Part shown: positions 19,157 through 30,999 of the stretch, one piece after another | Layout of the letters: the number at the start of each line of letters is the position of its first letter | Numbering within the stretch: the first letter of the stretch is position 1 | Assembly (NCBI GenBank): GCA_903889965.1 | Contig: CAISZM010000028.1 | Location: 9,831-73,830, forward strand | Direction of reading: 5' to 3' | DNA: 64,000 nucleotides | Origin: an uncultured Elusimicrobia bacterium | Lineage (GTDB): Bacteria > Elusimicrobiota > Elusimicrobia > Elusimicrobiales > UBA9959 | Made by a program: the position numbers and the translations under genes | The notes under the pieces: generated by a model | Told to the model about the DNA's origin: nothing | Seen by the model: only the letters and a program-made list of their open reading frames with translations | Database searches by the model: none

Positions 19157-20740
19157 ATGCCGGGAACACAAACTCCGTCGGAAATCAACGATCTGCAGAC
19201 CTCTGAAACTCTCTACGGGAACCTTTCGGTCCCTGAACTTTACGAACATTCCATACGCCGCAAAGAGGCGGTCATTACCGCCGGCGGGGCCCTTTGCGCG
19301 CGCACCGGCAAGCATACGGCCCGCTCGGCGCAGGACAAATTCACGGTAAAGGAACCTTCCAGCGAAGCCCATATCTGGTGGGGCGAACAGAACGCGCCGA
19401 TAGACGAGGCGAAATTCGACGGCCTGCTGCGAAAGATGAAGGCTTATATGGGAGGCACGGACATATACAGCCGCGACTGCTACGCCGGCTCCGACCCGGC
19501 GAACCGGCTTAGCGTGCGAGTCTACACCGAACTCGCGTGGCACAGCCTGTTCGCAAGCCATATGTTCATAAAACCCGCGGAGGGGGAACTGGCCGGCTTT
19601 AAGCCCGATTTTACCGTCATCACGGCGCCCGGTTTCCAGGCGCTGCCGCAGGCTGACGGCACCCGCGGGTCGGCTTTCATACTGCTGAACTTCCGCAGAA
19701 AGATGGTGCTGATAGGCGGCACGGCTTACGCCGGGGAAATAAAGAAGGCCGTCTTCAGCGTTATGAACTACCTGCTGCCGCTTAAGGGCGTGATGCCGAT
19801 GCACTGTTCGGCCAACGTCGGGGAGGCCGGTGATACCGCGATCTTCTTCGGCCTTTCCGGGACCGGGAAAACCACGCTCTCCTCCGACCCGCTCCGGCGC
19901 CTGATCGGGGACGACGAACACGGCTGGTCCGACAACGGTGTTTTTAACTTCGAGGGCGGCTGCTACGCAAAAGTGATAAACCTCTCCGCGGAGGCAGAGC
20001 CCCAGATCTACGCCGCCACCGGGCGCTTCGGCGCTATCCTCGAGAACGTGGTATTCGACGCGCGCACCCGCCGCCTGGACCTGAACGACGGCTCTCTTAC
20101 CGAGAATACCCGCGCGGCTTACCCTCTGGAATTTATAGCCAACGCAGTCAAGGGCGCGGCCTTCCCTCATCCAAAAAATATCGTGATGCTCACTTATGAC
20201 GCTTTCGGGGTGCTGCCGCCGATAGCCAGGCTGTCGTGCGAGCAGGCGATGTACCACTTTATAAGCGGCTATACAGCAAAGGTGGCCAATACAGAGATGG
20301 GGGTAAAGGAGCCCCGGGCCACTTTCAGCACCTGCTTCGGCGCGCCGTTCATGAGCCATCATCCCGCGGTTTACGCAGGGCTGCTGGAACGTAAGATGCG
20401 CGCCAACAAGGCCGAGTGCTGGCTGATAAACACCGGTCTTTGCGGCGGCCCCTACGGCGTCGGCCGGCGCATGAGCATACGGCATACCCGCCTGCTGCTT
20501 AATTCCGCTCTGGGGGGGAAACTCTCCAAAGTGAAGTTCACAAAGGACCCGGTGTTCGGTTTCGGGATCCCCTCCTCCTGCCCGGGCGTGCCGGCCGGAA
20601 TGCTTAATCCGCGGGATGCCTGGGCCGATAAGAAGCTTTACGACGCCAAGTACAGGGAACTCGCGGGCTTGTTCGCCGCCAACTTCAAAAAGTTCGGCGT
20701 AACCGACGAAGCCATCAGCGGCGCCGGTCCCAAAATATAA
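19157..20740 (+). CDS. pckA: Phosphoenolpyruvate carboxykinase (ATP)
   Basis: 'YAGEIKK', 'PMHCSAN', 'GLSGTGKTTLS', 'LIGDDEHGW', 'NFEGGCYAK'. Confidence 0.97.
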   Translation: MPGTQTPSEINDLQTSETLYGNLSVPELYEHSIRRKEAVITAGGALCARTGKHTARSAQDKFTVKEPSSEAHIWWGEQNAPIDEAKFDGLLRKMKAYMGGTDIYSRDCYAGSDPANRLSVRVYTELAWHSLFASHMFIKPAEGELAGFKPDFTVITAPGFQALPQADGTRGSAFILLNFRRKMVLIGGTAYAGEIKKAVFSVMNYLLPLKGVMPMHCSANVGEAGDTAIFFGLSGTGKTTLSSDPLRRLIGDDEHGWSDNGVFNFEGGCYAKVINLSAEAEPQIYAATGRFGAILENVVFDARTRRLDLNDGSLTENTRAAYPLEFIANAVKGAAFPHPKNIVMLTYDAFGVLPPIARLSCEQAMYHFISGYTAKVANTEMGVKEPRATFSTCFGAPFMSHHPAVYAGLLERKMRANKAECWLINTGLCGGPYGVGRRMSIRHTRLLLNSALGGKLSKVKFTKDPVFGFGIPSSCPGVPAGMLNPRDAWADKKLYDAKYRELAGLFAANFKKFGVTDEAISGAGPKI

Positions 20741-20778
20741 TATTCCCGCCTGTCCCTCCGCCGTATGCGCTGCTGTTG

Positions 20779-20969
20779 CAGTCTTGGCCGTCTGATACGC
20801 ATAGCGCCTGAGTGGAGCGAAGCGACACAATTCAGTGAACAGTGGAGCGAAGCGACACAATTCAGTGAACAGTGGAGCGAAGCGACACAAGTCAGTGAAC
20901 AGTACGGCACCGTCACAGTCTTGGCCGTCTGATACGCATAGCGCCTGATACGGCACCGTCACAGTCTTG
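20779..20969. repeat. Nested intergenic direct repeats (33-bp, 3x30-bp, 21-bp)
   Basis: agtggagcgaagcgacacaa[t/g]tcagtgaac x3 (20811-20900); cagtcttggccgtctgatacgcatagcgcctga at 20779 and 20916; tacggcaccgtcacagtcttg at 20903 and 20949. Confidence 0.95.
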
Positions 20970-21037
20970 ACAGTTATGGCGGAAAATAGGTTATATGTAT
21001 CTGTAATTTAGAGCGATATCCTTAAGGAGGAAGTACA

Positions 21038-21298
21038 ATGCCCGCAGCAAAAACAAACTCGAAGTTCATGGCTCCCATCACCCCTAACGCCATCCTCGGC
21101 GAAGTCGTCGGCGTGAAGCCGATACCCCGCACGGAGATCGTTAAAAAGATGTGGGCTTACATAAAGAAGAACAACCTGCAGGACAAGAAGAACAAGCGCA
21201 TGATCAACGCCGATGAGAAACTCGCGAAACTGTTCGCCGGCAAGAAGCAGGTCAGCATGTTCGACCTGGCCAAGATCATCAGCAAGAACGCGAAATAA
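21038..21298 (+). CDS. Stand-alone SWIB/MDM2 domain protein
   Basis: 'PRTEIVKKMWAYIKKNNLQD..NKRMINADEKL'; strong AAGGAGG SD. Confidence 0.92.
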   Translation: MPAAKTNSKFMAPITPNAILGEVVGVKPIPRTEIVKKMWAYIKKNNLQDKKNKRMINADEKLAKLFAGKKQVSMFDLAKIISKNAK

Positions 21299-21315
21299 TA
21301 GGTTGAGTCTTACTT

Positions 21316-21350
21316 AAACGCCGTCCGCGTAAAAACGGGCGGCGTTTTTT
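21316..21350. terminator. Intrinsic terminator
   Basis: aaacgccgtccg-loop-cgggcggcgttt followed by T tract. Confidence 0.85.
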
Positions 21351-21383
21351 AATTTATTTGAAGGGAATGCGGGGCCGCGCGCG

Positions 21384-23096
21384 TCAGTCTTTGCGGCGGT
21401 CTATTATGTAGTGGCTCTTCTGGGCGGCCTTTGCGCCCCGTTTAAGTTCGGTGCCGATATTGCTGACCTGCGCGAAGGAGTTCAGCACCCGCGTATGGTT
21501 CTGCACCACGCCTATGGCTATGGAGAGAAAGGGGAATTTCTTTATATTGCCAAGACGGTCCGTGGAGACTATGTGTCCGCGTTCCCGGTCCGCCTTGTTG
21601 TAGAACGAGGGGGCTATCTCGTCATAGGCGGCCACTATCCGCTTGGCCAGCTCTTCGGCGCGGGAGTACTGCGTGATCACGATAAAGTCGTCGCCGCCGA
21701 TGTGGCCTATGAAATCCTCGGAATTCTCGTTCTGTATGGTCAGGTTCACCAGCAAATTGGCCGTGGCCTTCAGAACGCGGTCGCCGGCTTCGAAACCGTA
21801 GATGTCGTTATAGGCCTTGAAATTATTAAGGTCCAGATAAAGTACAGCGAAGGGGGAGTTCCTCTGGATTTCGCGCTCCACGCGCGCCTGTATGGACGGG
21901 TTGCCGGGTAGCCTTGAGAGGGGGTTAGTGTCCAGGACCTGCTTATTGCGCTTTAGTATCATCCGTATGCGCGCTATCAGTTCGTCCGTGTCCACCGGTT
22001 TTATGAGGTAGTCGTCTATTCCCATGCTGAGGCCGGTAAGCTTCGCGCGCTTGTCGCCGAAGGCGGTGACTATCATTATCGGTATGTGGGCGAACAGCGG
22101 GTTCTCTTTGAGGTCCCTGGCCACCTCCAGCCCGTCCTTGCGCGGCATGTCATAGTCCAGCACTATGATGTCGGGACGTGTCTCAAAAACAACCTTCATG
22201 GCCTCAACGCCGTCGTTCGCGGTGTACACTTCAAATCCGGCAGCTTCGACCATTTCCTTGAGCAGCAGCACCAGTTCCGTCTGGTCGTCGGCCAGTAGCA
22301 CGCGCGGTCTCACGGTTTTAGGCGCTTCTCCGGGCAGAGGCCTGGCTTCGACGGCGACCTGCTCCTCTATGAGCTTAAGCAGAAGACCCCCGGGTATCTC
22401 GCGGGCGAATATTTCCGGCAGCCCCGTAAGCACTCCCCGCTCCTGGTAATTATCGAGGCGCAGCGCGCTGAGAACTATTATCGGGATAGCGGAGGTTGCG
22501 GCTGATTCCTGCATTTCCTCCATTATCGCGAAACCGTCCTTGCGCGGCATCATGATATCGAGCAGCAGCGCGTCCGGCTTTTCGGAGCGGAGGCGCTCCA
22601 TCACTTCGAGGGGGTTGTTGACCACGCGGGCGCGGTAATTGTTGGCCTCCAGGAACATTTTAAGCAGGTCCGAGAATTCGGCGTCGTCGTCGGCTATCAT
22701 AACCAGGGGCTGCTTGTCTGGCGGCAGGGCGGCCTTGCGCAGGGCGGCCTTGAGGAGCTCGAAATCCACCGGCTTGGTCAGGTAGCCGCACACCTTCGGT
22801 GACGGCCCGGTGACGATATCCGCTTTCGGGGTCTGGGAGAAAATAATTATCTTCTGGGTTTCTGTGAAAGGGTTCTTTTTGATCTCGGCTATAAAATCCA
22901 GAGGATTGAAAGCCTGTATCAGTATGTTGAGTATTACCAGGTCCGGCTTCCAGTTCTGCACGGCGCTCATGGCCTGCGCGTGCTCTGAGACCGTTTGAAC
23001 TTTGTACCCGTTGGTTTCCAGGAAGGCCGACAACAGGGCGGCCGCGGCGGCGTCCGTGTCCACGATAAGAATTTTTCTGCCCGCTGACTCGGCCAT
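21384..23096 (-). CDS. Response regulator with three receiver domains and a GGDEF domain
   Basis: Three REC repeats; 'LSRLPGN', 'DLNNFKAYND.YG', 'GHIGGDDF'. Confidence 0.9.
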   Translation of the reverse strand: MAESAGRKILIVDTDAAAAALLSAFLETNGYKVQTVSEHAQAMSAVQNWKPDLVILNILIQAFNPLDFIAEIKKNPFTETQKIIIFSQTPKADIVTGPSPKVCGYLTKPVDFELLKAALRKAALPPDKQPLVMIADDDAEFSDLLKMFLEANNYRARVVNNPLEVMERLRSEKPDALLLDIMMPRKDGFAIMEEMQESAATSAIPIIVLSALRLDNYQERGVLTGLPEIFAREIPGGLLLKLIEEQVAVEARPLPGEAPKTVRPRVLLADDQTELVLLLKEMVEAAGFEVYTANDGVEAMKVVFETRPDIIVLDYDMPRKDGLEVARDLKENPLFAHIPIMIVTAFGDKRAKLTGLSMGIDDYLIKPVDTDELIARIRMILKRNKQVLDTNPLSRLPGNPSIQARVEREIQRNSPFAVLYLDLNNFKAYNDIYGFEAGDRVLKATANLLVNLTIQNENSEDFIGHIGGDDFIVITQYSRAEELAKRIVAAYDEIAPSFYNKADRERGHIVSTDRLGNIKKFPFLSIAIGVVQNHTRVLNSFAQVSNIGTELKRGAKAAQKSHYIIDRRKD

Positions 23097-23161
23097 GGAT
23101 TGATTTTAGCATTTCCGCGGCGCCAGCGGCCAAGCGGCGGTCAAAAAGGTAGAATAGGCTT

Positions 23162-23389
23162 ATGAGGCAGCAGGCTGAAGAATACTGGAAATATGCCCAG
23201 ATCGGGCTTGAGCTGGCCGGCGCTGTGCTGCTGGGCTTCTGGGCCGGCTATCAGCTGGATAAAAAACTCGGAACCGCGCCCTGGCTGATGCTCGGCGGGG
23301 CGGCAGGCGGCATGGCCGCCGGATTTTACCTGGTGGCGCGCGAGCTTTTTAGCGGCGGGGGAGGGCCCGGCGGCCCCGCGGCGCCGTGA
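23162..23389 (+). CDS. AtpZ/AtpI-family protein (ATP synthase gene 1)
   Basis: 'GFWAGYQLDKKLGTAPW' motif; first gene of the atp operon. Confidence 0.85.
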   Translation: MRQQAEEYWKYAQIGLELAGAVLLGFWAGYQLDKKLGTAPWLMLGGAAGGMAAGFYLVARELFSGGGGPGGPAAP

Positions 23390-23676
23390 TTGCCTCCGCG
23401 CCGGCGGGCGCGCTCTGGGGAGGCGCTTTCGGCGCCCTGGCCGGTACGCTTTCGCGCCTGGCGCTTAAAAAAGTCCTGCGGTCGTCTGACGCCGTTTTTT
23501 ACTCCGTCTTTTCGGCCGGTATACTTCTGCGCCTGCTGCTGCTCGCGGCGGCGGTTTGTCTGCTCCGCCATGAAAGATATATAATTGTTATTACGTTCGC
23601 GGTTTCCCTTATCCTGTTCCAGACGCTTTTCGAAGCTTTTCCGCTGAAAGAAAATGGGACTAAAAGAAATTCTTGA
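23386..23676 (+). CDS. ATP synthase protein I-like membrane protein
   Basis: Small hydrophobic ORF between gene 1 and atpB, with overlapping start/stop. Confidence 0.6.
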   Translation: MIASAPAGALWGGAFGALAGTLSRLALKKVLRSSDAVFYSVFSAGILLRLLLLAAAVCLLRHERYIIVITFAVSLILFQTLFEAFPLKENGTKRNS

Positions 23677-24415
23677 GCACCATGTGGTGGACCATGTCTG
23701 GTCGTGGATAGTCATGGGTCCGCTCAGGCTGCCCCTGTCCAAACACCTGCTGATGATGGGCATCGCCTCTCTCATCCTGCTGACGGTCTTCCCGGCCCTG
23801 ATACGCAGCCGTTCCGCCGCGCTTGCCCCGTTCCGCGCCATGATAGAGATGGTCGTACTCTTCCTGCGCGACGAGGTGGTCATTCCGAACCTTGGCGCGA
23901 AGGGCGCCGGTTATCTCGGCTATTTTTCGACGCTCTTCTTTTTCATACTCATCCTCAACCTGCTGGGCCTTGTGCCTTACGGCGCCACCGCCACCGGAAA
24001 CCTGGCGGTTACGGGAGGGCTCGCTCTTACCACTTTCGCGCTGATAAACTTCGCCGGTATAAAGGAGCAGGGGCTGATAGGCTATTTCGGGCACATGGTG
24101 CCCAAAGGCGTACCCGCCTGGCTTTATCCGCTGCTCTTCCCGATAGAACTGATAGGCCTGGCGACCAAAACTTTCGCGCTCTGCATCCGTCTTTTCGCCA
24201 ATATGATAGCGGGGCACATAGTGATCCTGTCGTTCATCAGTTTTATCTTCATTTTCGGGTCTTTCGGGGTGGCGATCGGGCTCGGGGTGGCCCCCATTTC
24301 TGTCGGTTTGGTGCTGTTTACGCTGCTGCTGGAGCTGTTCGTGGCCTTTCTGCAGGCATATGTGTTCGTCTTTCTTACGGCTATATTCACCGGCGCGGCG
24401 ATGCACCCGCACTAG
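23654..24415 (+). CDS. atpB: F0 subunit a
   Basis: 'NLLGLVP', 'IRLFANMIAGH', 'FLQAYVF'. Confidence 0.96.
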   Translation: MGLKEILEHHVVDHVWSWIVMGPLRLPLSKHLLMMGIASLILLTVFPALIRSRSAALAPFRAMIEMVVLFLRDEVVIPNLGAKGAGYLGYFSTLFFFILILNLLGLVPYGATATGNLAVTGGLALTTFALINFAGIKEQGLIGYFGHMVPKGVPAWLYPLLFPIELIGLATKTFALCIRLFANMIAGHIVILSFISFIFIFGSFGVAIGLGVAPISVGLVLFTLLLELFVAFLQAYVFVFLTAIFTGAAMHPH

Positions 24416-24527
24416 CGTAAGTGAGCGGAGGGCGGGGAAAAGCGAAGGGCCGTATCGGCGTTCCCGGAGGAACTTTCAGCGTTTTGCGTTTTAAGACTGG
24501 TTTTAACATCATACGGAGGTAGAATAA

Positions 24528-24821
24528 ATGAACGACATGACATTCCTCGGACTCGGTTATATCGGCGCGGGTCTCGGAGCTGGCCTTACCCTCATCGGAG
24601 CGGGCCTCGGCATAGGCAAGCTCGCCGCGGGCGCGCTGGACGGAACCGCGCGCCAGCCGGAAGCCGGCCCGGCGCTTCGAACGACCATGATCATAGCTGC
24701 CGCCCTCATTGAAGGTCTCGCCTTCTTCGCGCTGGTCATCTGCCTGCTGGCAGTGATGAACTTCGCCATGCCCAAGTCCGAGGCCGGCCCCGCGGCCGCG
24801 CAGACCGAGGCGCACAAGTAG
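24528..24821 (+). CDS. atpE: F0 subunit c
   Basis: 'GAGLGIG', 'ARQPE', 'ALIEG'. Confidence 0.96.
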   Translation: MNDMTFLGLGYIGAGLGAGLTLIGAGLGIGKLAAGALDGTARQPEAGPALRTTMIIAAALIEGLAFFALVICLLAVMNFAMPKSEAGPAAAQTEAHK

Positions 24822-24910
24822 GAACGAGTTCCGGGTCGCGGGTCACAGGCCGGAACATGAGGATGTTCGGCCGGTGACTTGTGGTTTTTTACCGGCGACT
24901 GGAGTTTAAT

Positions 24911-25432
24911 ATGGAAGCATTGATTAGGCCCGAATTCGGCCTGATGTTCTGGACAATAGCCTGCTTTGTCCTGCTGGCACTGGTGCTGTCGAAGACTGCC
25001 TGGCGCCCGCTCATGCAGGCGGTGGAAGAGAGGGAGCGCGCGATTAAAAGCGACCTGCACGCGGCAGAATCCTCGCGCGCCAAGGCTGAAAAGCTCAGGG
25101 CCGAACTGGACGCGCAGATGGCCGCCATGAAAGCGGAGGTCAGGCGCAGCATGGAAGAAGCCAGGATCTCCGCCGAAAAAGAGAAGGATATCCTCATAGC
25201 GGCGGCGCGCAAGAGCGCGCTCATAATCATTGAGGCGGGGCGCAAAGAACTTGATGCCCAGAGGCAGGAGGCCGCGCGGGACCTGAGGAAAAGGGTGGCG
25301 GAACTTTCGGTGATGGCCGCCGAGCATATAATGATGAAGCAGCTGGATCACAGGGCAAATACCGACCTGGCCTCCAAGTACCTGGCCGAGCTGGAAAAAG
25401 AACGCCCCGACCTTAAACTGGAGTGCGAGTAA
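24911..25432 (+). CDS. atpF: F0 subunit b
   Basis: 'FWTIACFVLL..VL.K.AWRP....EERE..I' followed by coiled coil. Confidence 0.93.
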   Translation: MEALIRPEFGLMFWTIACFVLLALVLSKTAWRPLMQAVEERERAIKSDLHAAESSRAKAEKLRAELDAQMAAMKAEVRRSMEEARISAEKEKDILIAAARKSALIIIEAGRKELDAQRQEAARDLRKRVAELSVMAAEHIMMKQLDHRANTDLASKYLAELEKERPDLKLECE

Positions 25433-25987
25433 ATGGATTCAAGCGCCAAAATACTTGCCAGGCGTTACGCCCGGGCCTATATGGGCCTGGACGGCAGGGT
25501 TTATGGCGCCGCCCTGGACGCGGCCTCGCGGGAGAAGCTTGAGGGGCTGCGGCGCTTTTTCGGGGCCGCGAGGCCACACCTGAAGGTCCTGACGCACCCG
25601 GCGCTGAACGCGGCGGTCAGGCTTGAGGTGCTGGCTAAAATACTCGGCGGCGTGGACGCCGGGCCTGCGGCGCCCTTCGCCGAGCTGCTGGTCCGGCATA
25701 ACAGGTTCGGTCTTTTTGACGATATTACGCGGGACTGCCTGACGCTGTACTACGACTTCTGCGGGGTCGTGCGGGCCGAAGTTTGCAGCCGGTATCCCCT
25801 TTCGGACGGAGAATTTAAGCGGATAGAGAAAATGCTGGGCTGCGTGACCGGAAAAAAGATAAGCCTGCGCCAGGTAATAACCGAGCGCGTGATAGGCGGT
25901 TTCGAGATCAGGGTCGGCGACATGCTGATAGACGCCACGGTGCGCGGACGGCTGGAGGCCATGCGGGCCGGGCTGCTGGGCGCTTGA
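25433..25987 (+). CDS. atpH: F1 subunit delta
   Basis: 'ARRYARA', 'VIGGF.IRVGD..IDATV'. Confidence 0.9.
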   Translation: MDSSAKILARRYARAYMGLDGRVYGAALDAASREKLEGLRRFFGAARPHLKVLTHPALNAAVRLEVLAKILGGVDAGPAAPFAELLVRHNRFGLFDDITRDCLTLYYDFCGVVRAEVCSRYPLSDGEFKRIEKMLGCVTGKKISLRQVITERVIGGFEIRVGDMLIDATVRGRLEAMRAGLLGA

Positions 25988-26041
25988 CCGGGATGCCGGC
26001 CAAGGTGCGATTTTAAAGCGATTTTTATAAAGGCGGGATAC

Positions 26042-27556
26042 ATGATACGACCGGAAGAAATTACAGAAATAATAAAAAGCAGGATATCGAAATTCATCCC
26101 CGAGGCAGAGCTGTCCGAGTCCGGGCAGGTGCTGCAGATCGGCGACGGTATCTCCCGCATCTACGGCCTTAACAGCGCCGTGGTGGGCGAGCTGGTGGAA
26201 TTTGAGGGCGGCGTATCCGGCATGGTGCTGAACATAGAACGGGAGAACGTGGGCGCGGTAGTGATGGGCTCCGATACCCTTATAAGGGAAGGCGACCGCG
26301 TGAAGCGCACCGGGCGCGTCATGGAAGTCCCGGTGGGTCCGGAACTGATCGGCCGCGTGGTGGACGCGCTCGGCAGTCCCATAGACGGAAAGGGTCCGCT
26401 GAACGCCAAAAAAAAGCGCCCCGTGGAGATAATCGCGCCCGGCGTAGTTGAGCGGCAGCCGGTGAAGGAACCGCTGCAGACCGGCCTGAAAGCCATAGAC
26501 GCGATGATACCTATAGGCCGGGGCCAGCGCGAGCTGATAATAGGCGACCGTCAGACCGGCAAGACCGCCGTCGCCCTGGACGCCATAATAAACCAGAAGT
26601 TCGAACCCGTGGAAAAGCGCCCTATCTGCATTTACGTGGCCATAGGACAGAAGGAATCCACGGTTGCGCGCGTGGCCAAGATCCTGGAAGATAACGGAGC
26701 GATGGAATATTCAATAATCGTTTCGGCCTCCGCCTCCCAGCCCGCCTCGCTCCTCTACTTGGCGCCGTACACCGGCTGCGCCATAGGCGAGGAGTTTATG
26801 GCGCAGGGCAAGCACGCGCTCGTGGTCTACGACGATCTGTCAAAACACGCCCAGGCTTACCGCCAGATGGCGCTGCTGCTCAGGCGCCCGCCAGGCCGCG
26901 AGGCCTACCCCGGCGACGTGTTCTATCTCCACTCCAGGCTGCTTGAGCGCGCCTGCAAGATGTGCGACAGGGATGGCGGCGGTTCGCTGACAGCGCTCCC
27001 CATAATCGAGACGCAGGCCAACGATGTTACGGCATACATCCCTACCAACGTCATCTCCATAACGGACGGGCAGATCTACCTCGAGCCCAACCTTTTTCAT
27101 TCCGGGATAAGGCCCGCGGTCAACGTGGGCATCTCGGTATCCCGCGTAGGAGGTTCGGCTCAGGTCAAGGCTATGCGGCAGGTCGCCGGAAAACTGCGCC
27201 TGGACCTCGCGCAGTATAATGAGCTGGCGGCCTTCGCGCAGTTCGGCTCTGACCTGGACAAAGCCAGCACGGACCAGCTGAGCCGCGGCCGGCGCATGGT
27301 GGAACTGCTCAAGCAGGACCAGTACTCGCCGATGCCGGTGCAGGAACAGGTGGCTGTGCTGTTCGCCGGCACCAGGGGCTACATGGACGACGTCGAGCCG
27401 GAGAAGATCCGCGCTTTCGAGGGCGGCCTGGTGAAATTCCTGCGGGACAGTTACGCGAATCTCCTGGCCGAAATAATGGATAAAAAACAGCTGGATGCCG
27501 GTCTGGAGCAGCGCCTTATAGACGCTATAACGGACTTCAAAAAGCGGTTCGCCTGA
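26042..27556 (+). CDS. atpA: F1 subunit alpha
   Basis: 'GDRQTGKT', '[24 protein letters not shown]'. Confidence 0.98.
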   Translation: MIRPEEITEIIKSRISKFIPEAELSESGQVLQIGDGISRIYGLNSAVVGELVEFEGGVSGMVLNIERENVGAVVMGSDTLIREGDRVKRTGRVMEVPVGPELIGRVVDALGSPIDGKGPLNAKKKRPVEIIAPGVVERQPVKEPLQTGLKAIDAMIPIGRGQRELIIGDRQTGKTAVALDAIINQKFEPVEKRPICIYVAIGQKESTVARVAKILEDNGAMEYSIIVSASASQPASLLYLAPYTGCAIGEEFMAQGKHALVVYDDLSKHAQAYRQMALLLRRPPGREAYPGDVFYLHSRLLERACKMCDRDGGGSLTALPIIETQANDVTAYIPTNVISITDGQIYLEPNLFHSGIRPAVNVGISVSRVGGSAQVKAMRQVAGKLRLDLAQYNELAAFAQFGSDLDKASTDQLSRGRRMVELLKQDQYSPMPVQEQVAVLFAGTRGYMDDVEPEKIRAFEGGLVKFLRDSYANLLAEIMDKKQLDAGLEQRLIDAITDFKKRFA

Positions 27557-27562
27557 GGACTT

Positions 27563-28486
27563 ATGAAAAAATATCTTATAACCGGCGGCGCGGGGTTTAT
27601 CGGCTCCAATATAGCTTTCGCTCTCGGGGAAGAGCGCAAGGCCGGAGTAACGGTGCTGGATAATTTTACGTCCGGCAGCTACAAGAACCTTATCGGCTTT
27701 ACCGGCGATATTATAGCCGACGACGTGCGAAGCCAAGCCTGGTTCGAAAAAGCGGGCGCGGTGGAAGCTGTCTTCCACGAGGCCGCCATCACCGATACCA
27801 CCGTCACGGACCAGCGCGAGATGATGAGCGTGAACGTGGAAGGCTTCCGGAACGTGCTCTGCTATGCCCTGAAGTACGGCGTGAAAAGGGTGGTGTACGC
27901 TTCTTCGGCCGGAGTCTACGGCAACGGCAGCTGCCCGATGCGCGAGGACCAGAGTCCCACTCCGGAGAACGTCTACGGTTTTTCCAAGGCTATCATGGAT
28001 AACGTGGCGCGCGAGTTCGCCGCCGAACACAAGGACATTACGCTAGTGGGGCTGCGCTATTTCAACGTCTACGGGCCGCGGGAGTATTACAAGGGGCACG
28101 CCGCCAGCATGATGTTCCAGCTTTATAACCAGATGAAGGCCGGCAAACGCCCGCGCATCTTCAAGTTCGGCGAGCAGATGCGCGACTTTGTGTACGTGAA
28201 GGATATAGTGCGCGGGAACCTGGGCGCGCTGGAAGCGCGGGAGTCGGGAGTCTGCAACCTCGCGAGCGGCACGCCCGGTAATTTCAACGAGGTGGTGGCG
28301 GCGCTTAACAAGGCCATGCGGCTTGAACTCGCGCCTGAATATTTCGACAACCCCTACTCCTTTTTCCAGACCAAGACGCACGCGGACCTGGGGCGGGCTA
28401 AGGCGCTGGTTAACTATGCTCCAGCGTGGAACCTGGCGGACGGTATCGCGGATTATGTGAAGATAATGGCTGAAGGGGTAAAGTAA
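27563..28486 (+). CDS. hldD: ADP-L-glycero-D-manno-heptose 6-epimerase
   Basis: 'TGGAGFIGSN', 'YASSAGVYG', 'YGFSK', 'LRYFNVYGPRE.YKG..ASM'. Confidence 0.85.
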   Translation: MKKYLITGGAGFIGSNIAFALGEERKAGVTVLDNFTSGSYKNLIGFTGDIIADDVRSQAWFEKAGAVEAVFHEAAITDTTVTDQREMMSVNVEGFRNVLCYALKYGVKRVVYASSAGVYGNGSCPMREDQSPTPENVYGFSKAIMDNVAREFAAEHKDITLVGLRYFNVYGPREYYKGHAASMMFQLYNQMKAGKRPRIFKFGEQMRDFVYVKDIVRGNLGALEARESGVCNLASGTPGNFNEVVAALNKAMRLELAPEYFDNPYSFFQTKTHADLGRAKALVNYAPAWNLADGIADYVKIMAEGVK

Positions 28487-28550
28487 GAGAGCCGGTAAGG
28501 AATGGTTTTAAAAGGCGCCGCTGCGGCTGTTCCCGGTCTGCGATCTAACT

Positions 28551-29450
28551 ATGGCTTCGCTACGTGATATCAGAAAACATATTTCGTCTGTAAAAAGCAT
28601 CAAGCAGATAACCTATGCCATGAAGATGGTGGCGGCTGCGCGCATCAAGCGCGCGCAGGCGGCTATACTGGCCTCGCGGCCTTTCGCGCACGAAATGGAC
28701 CGCCTCATAGAGGACCTCTACGGCGAGCTCGAGGAGGACGATTTTTACGGTTCCGAGGCGCAGGCCCTTTTCGAGGATCGTCCCGCGGGCGGGACGCTGT
28801 GCCTGGTGCTTGTCACCGCGGACAAGGGGCTATGCGGCTCTTTCAACACCAACCTGCTGAAGGCCGCCGCCTCCTGGCTGAAGGAGAACCGCAGCCGCAA
28901 GATCTGCGTCGTAGCGGTGGGCCGCAAGGGCCGCGATTTCCTGCGCCGTCTGAAAGGTCTCGACCTGGAAATTAATTTCGAACTGGTGGGGATATTCCCC
29001 AAAACCGGCTACGCGCACGCCCAACTGCTGACCGACGCCGTGCTGAAGCTTTACACCGAGTGGCCCGTGGAAAGCGTGACCCTCGTTTACAACGAGTTCA
29101 AATCCATGATGACCCAGCGTATAGTCACCGACCAGCTGCTGCCGCTAAAACGCCGCATTCTCGAGAAAGGCTCCGGTGCCAGGGGTAAAACCGGAGAATT
29201 CTCTTTCGAGCCGCGCAAAGCGGATCTGCTCGGTGCCCTGCTGCCGCGCCACATCAGCGCGCAGCTTTACCGGACGCTGCTGGAATCGCAGGCCGCGGAA
29301 CTCGCGGCCCGCATGAACGCCATGGAGTCGGCCTCGAAGAACGCGAACGAACTCATAGAGGGCCTCACCCTGACGATGAATAAGACGCGGCAGGCGATGA
29401 TCACGACCGAGCTTAACGAGATAGTCAGCGGTTCCGACGCGCTGGCGTGA
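28551..29450 (+). CDS. atpG: F1 subunit gamma
   Basis: 'IT.AMKMVAAA', 'DKGLCGSFN', 'RQAMITTELNEIVSG'. Confidence 0.97.
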   Translation: MASLRDIRKHISSVKSIKQITYAMKMVAAARIKRAQAAILASRPFAHEMDRLIEDLYGELEEDDFYGSEAQALFEDRPAGGTLCLVLVTADKGLCGSFNTNLLKAAASWLKENRSRKICVVAVGRKGRDFLRRLKGLDLEINFELVGIFPKTGYAHAQLLTDAVLKLYTEWPVESVTLVYNEFKSMMTQRIVTDQLLPLKRRILEKGSGARGKTGEFSFEPRKADLLGALLPRHISAQLYRTLLESQAAELAARMNAMESASKNANELIEGLTLTMNKTRQAMITTELNEIVSGSDALA

Positions 29451-29540
29451 GGGAAAGGATATGCGCGGGCGGATTTCGGGATTTGCCGGTTGACGCGGTT
29501 TTGAAGCTGAAAACGCTGACCTAGGGATCGAACGGCTTGA

Positions 29541-30977
<1,437 letters not shown>

Positions 30978-30999
30978 CGGTTCCGGCGCCCGTTGAAAT

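Noticed and set aside
20811-20900. 30-bp repeats as a CRISPR array
   Set aside because: Units are head-to-tail with no spacers, and there are no cas genes in the window
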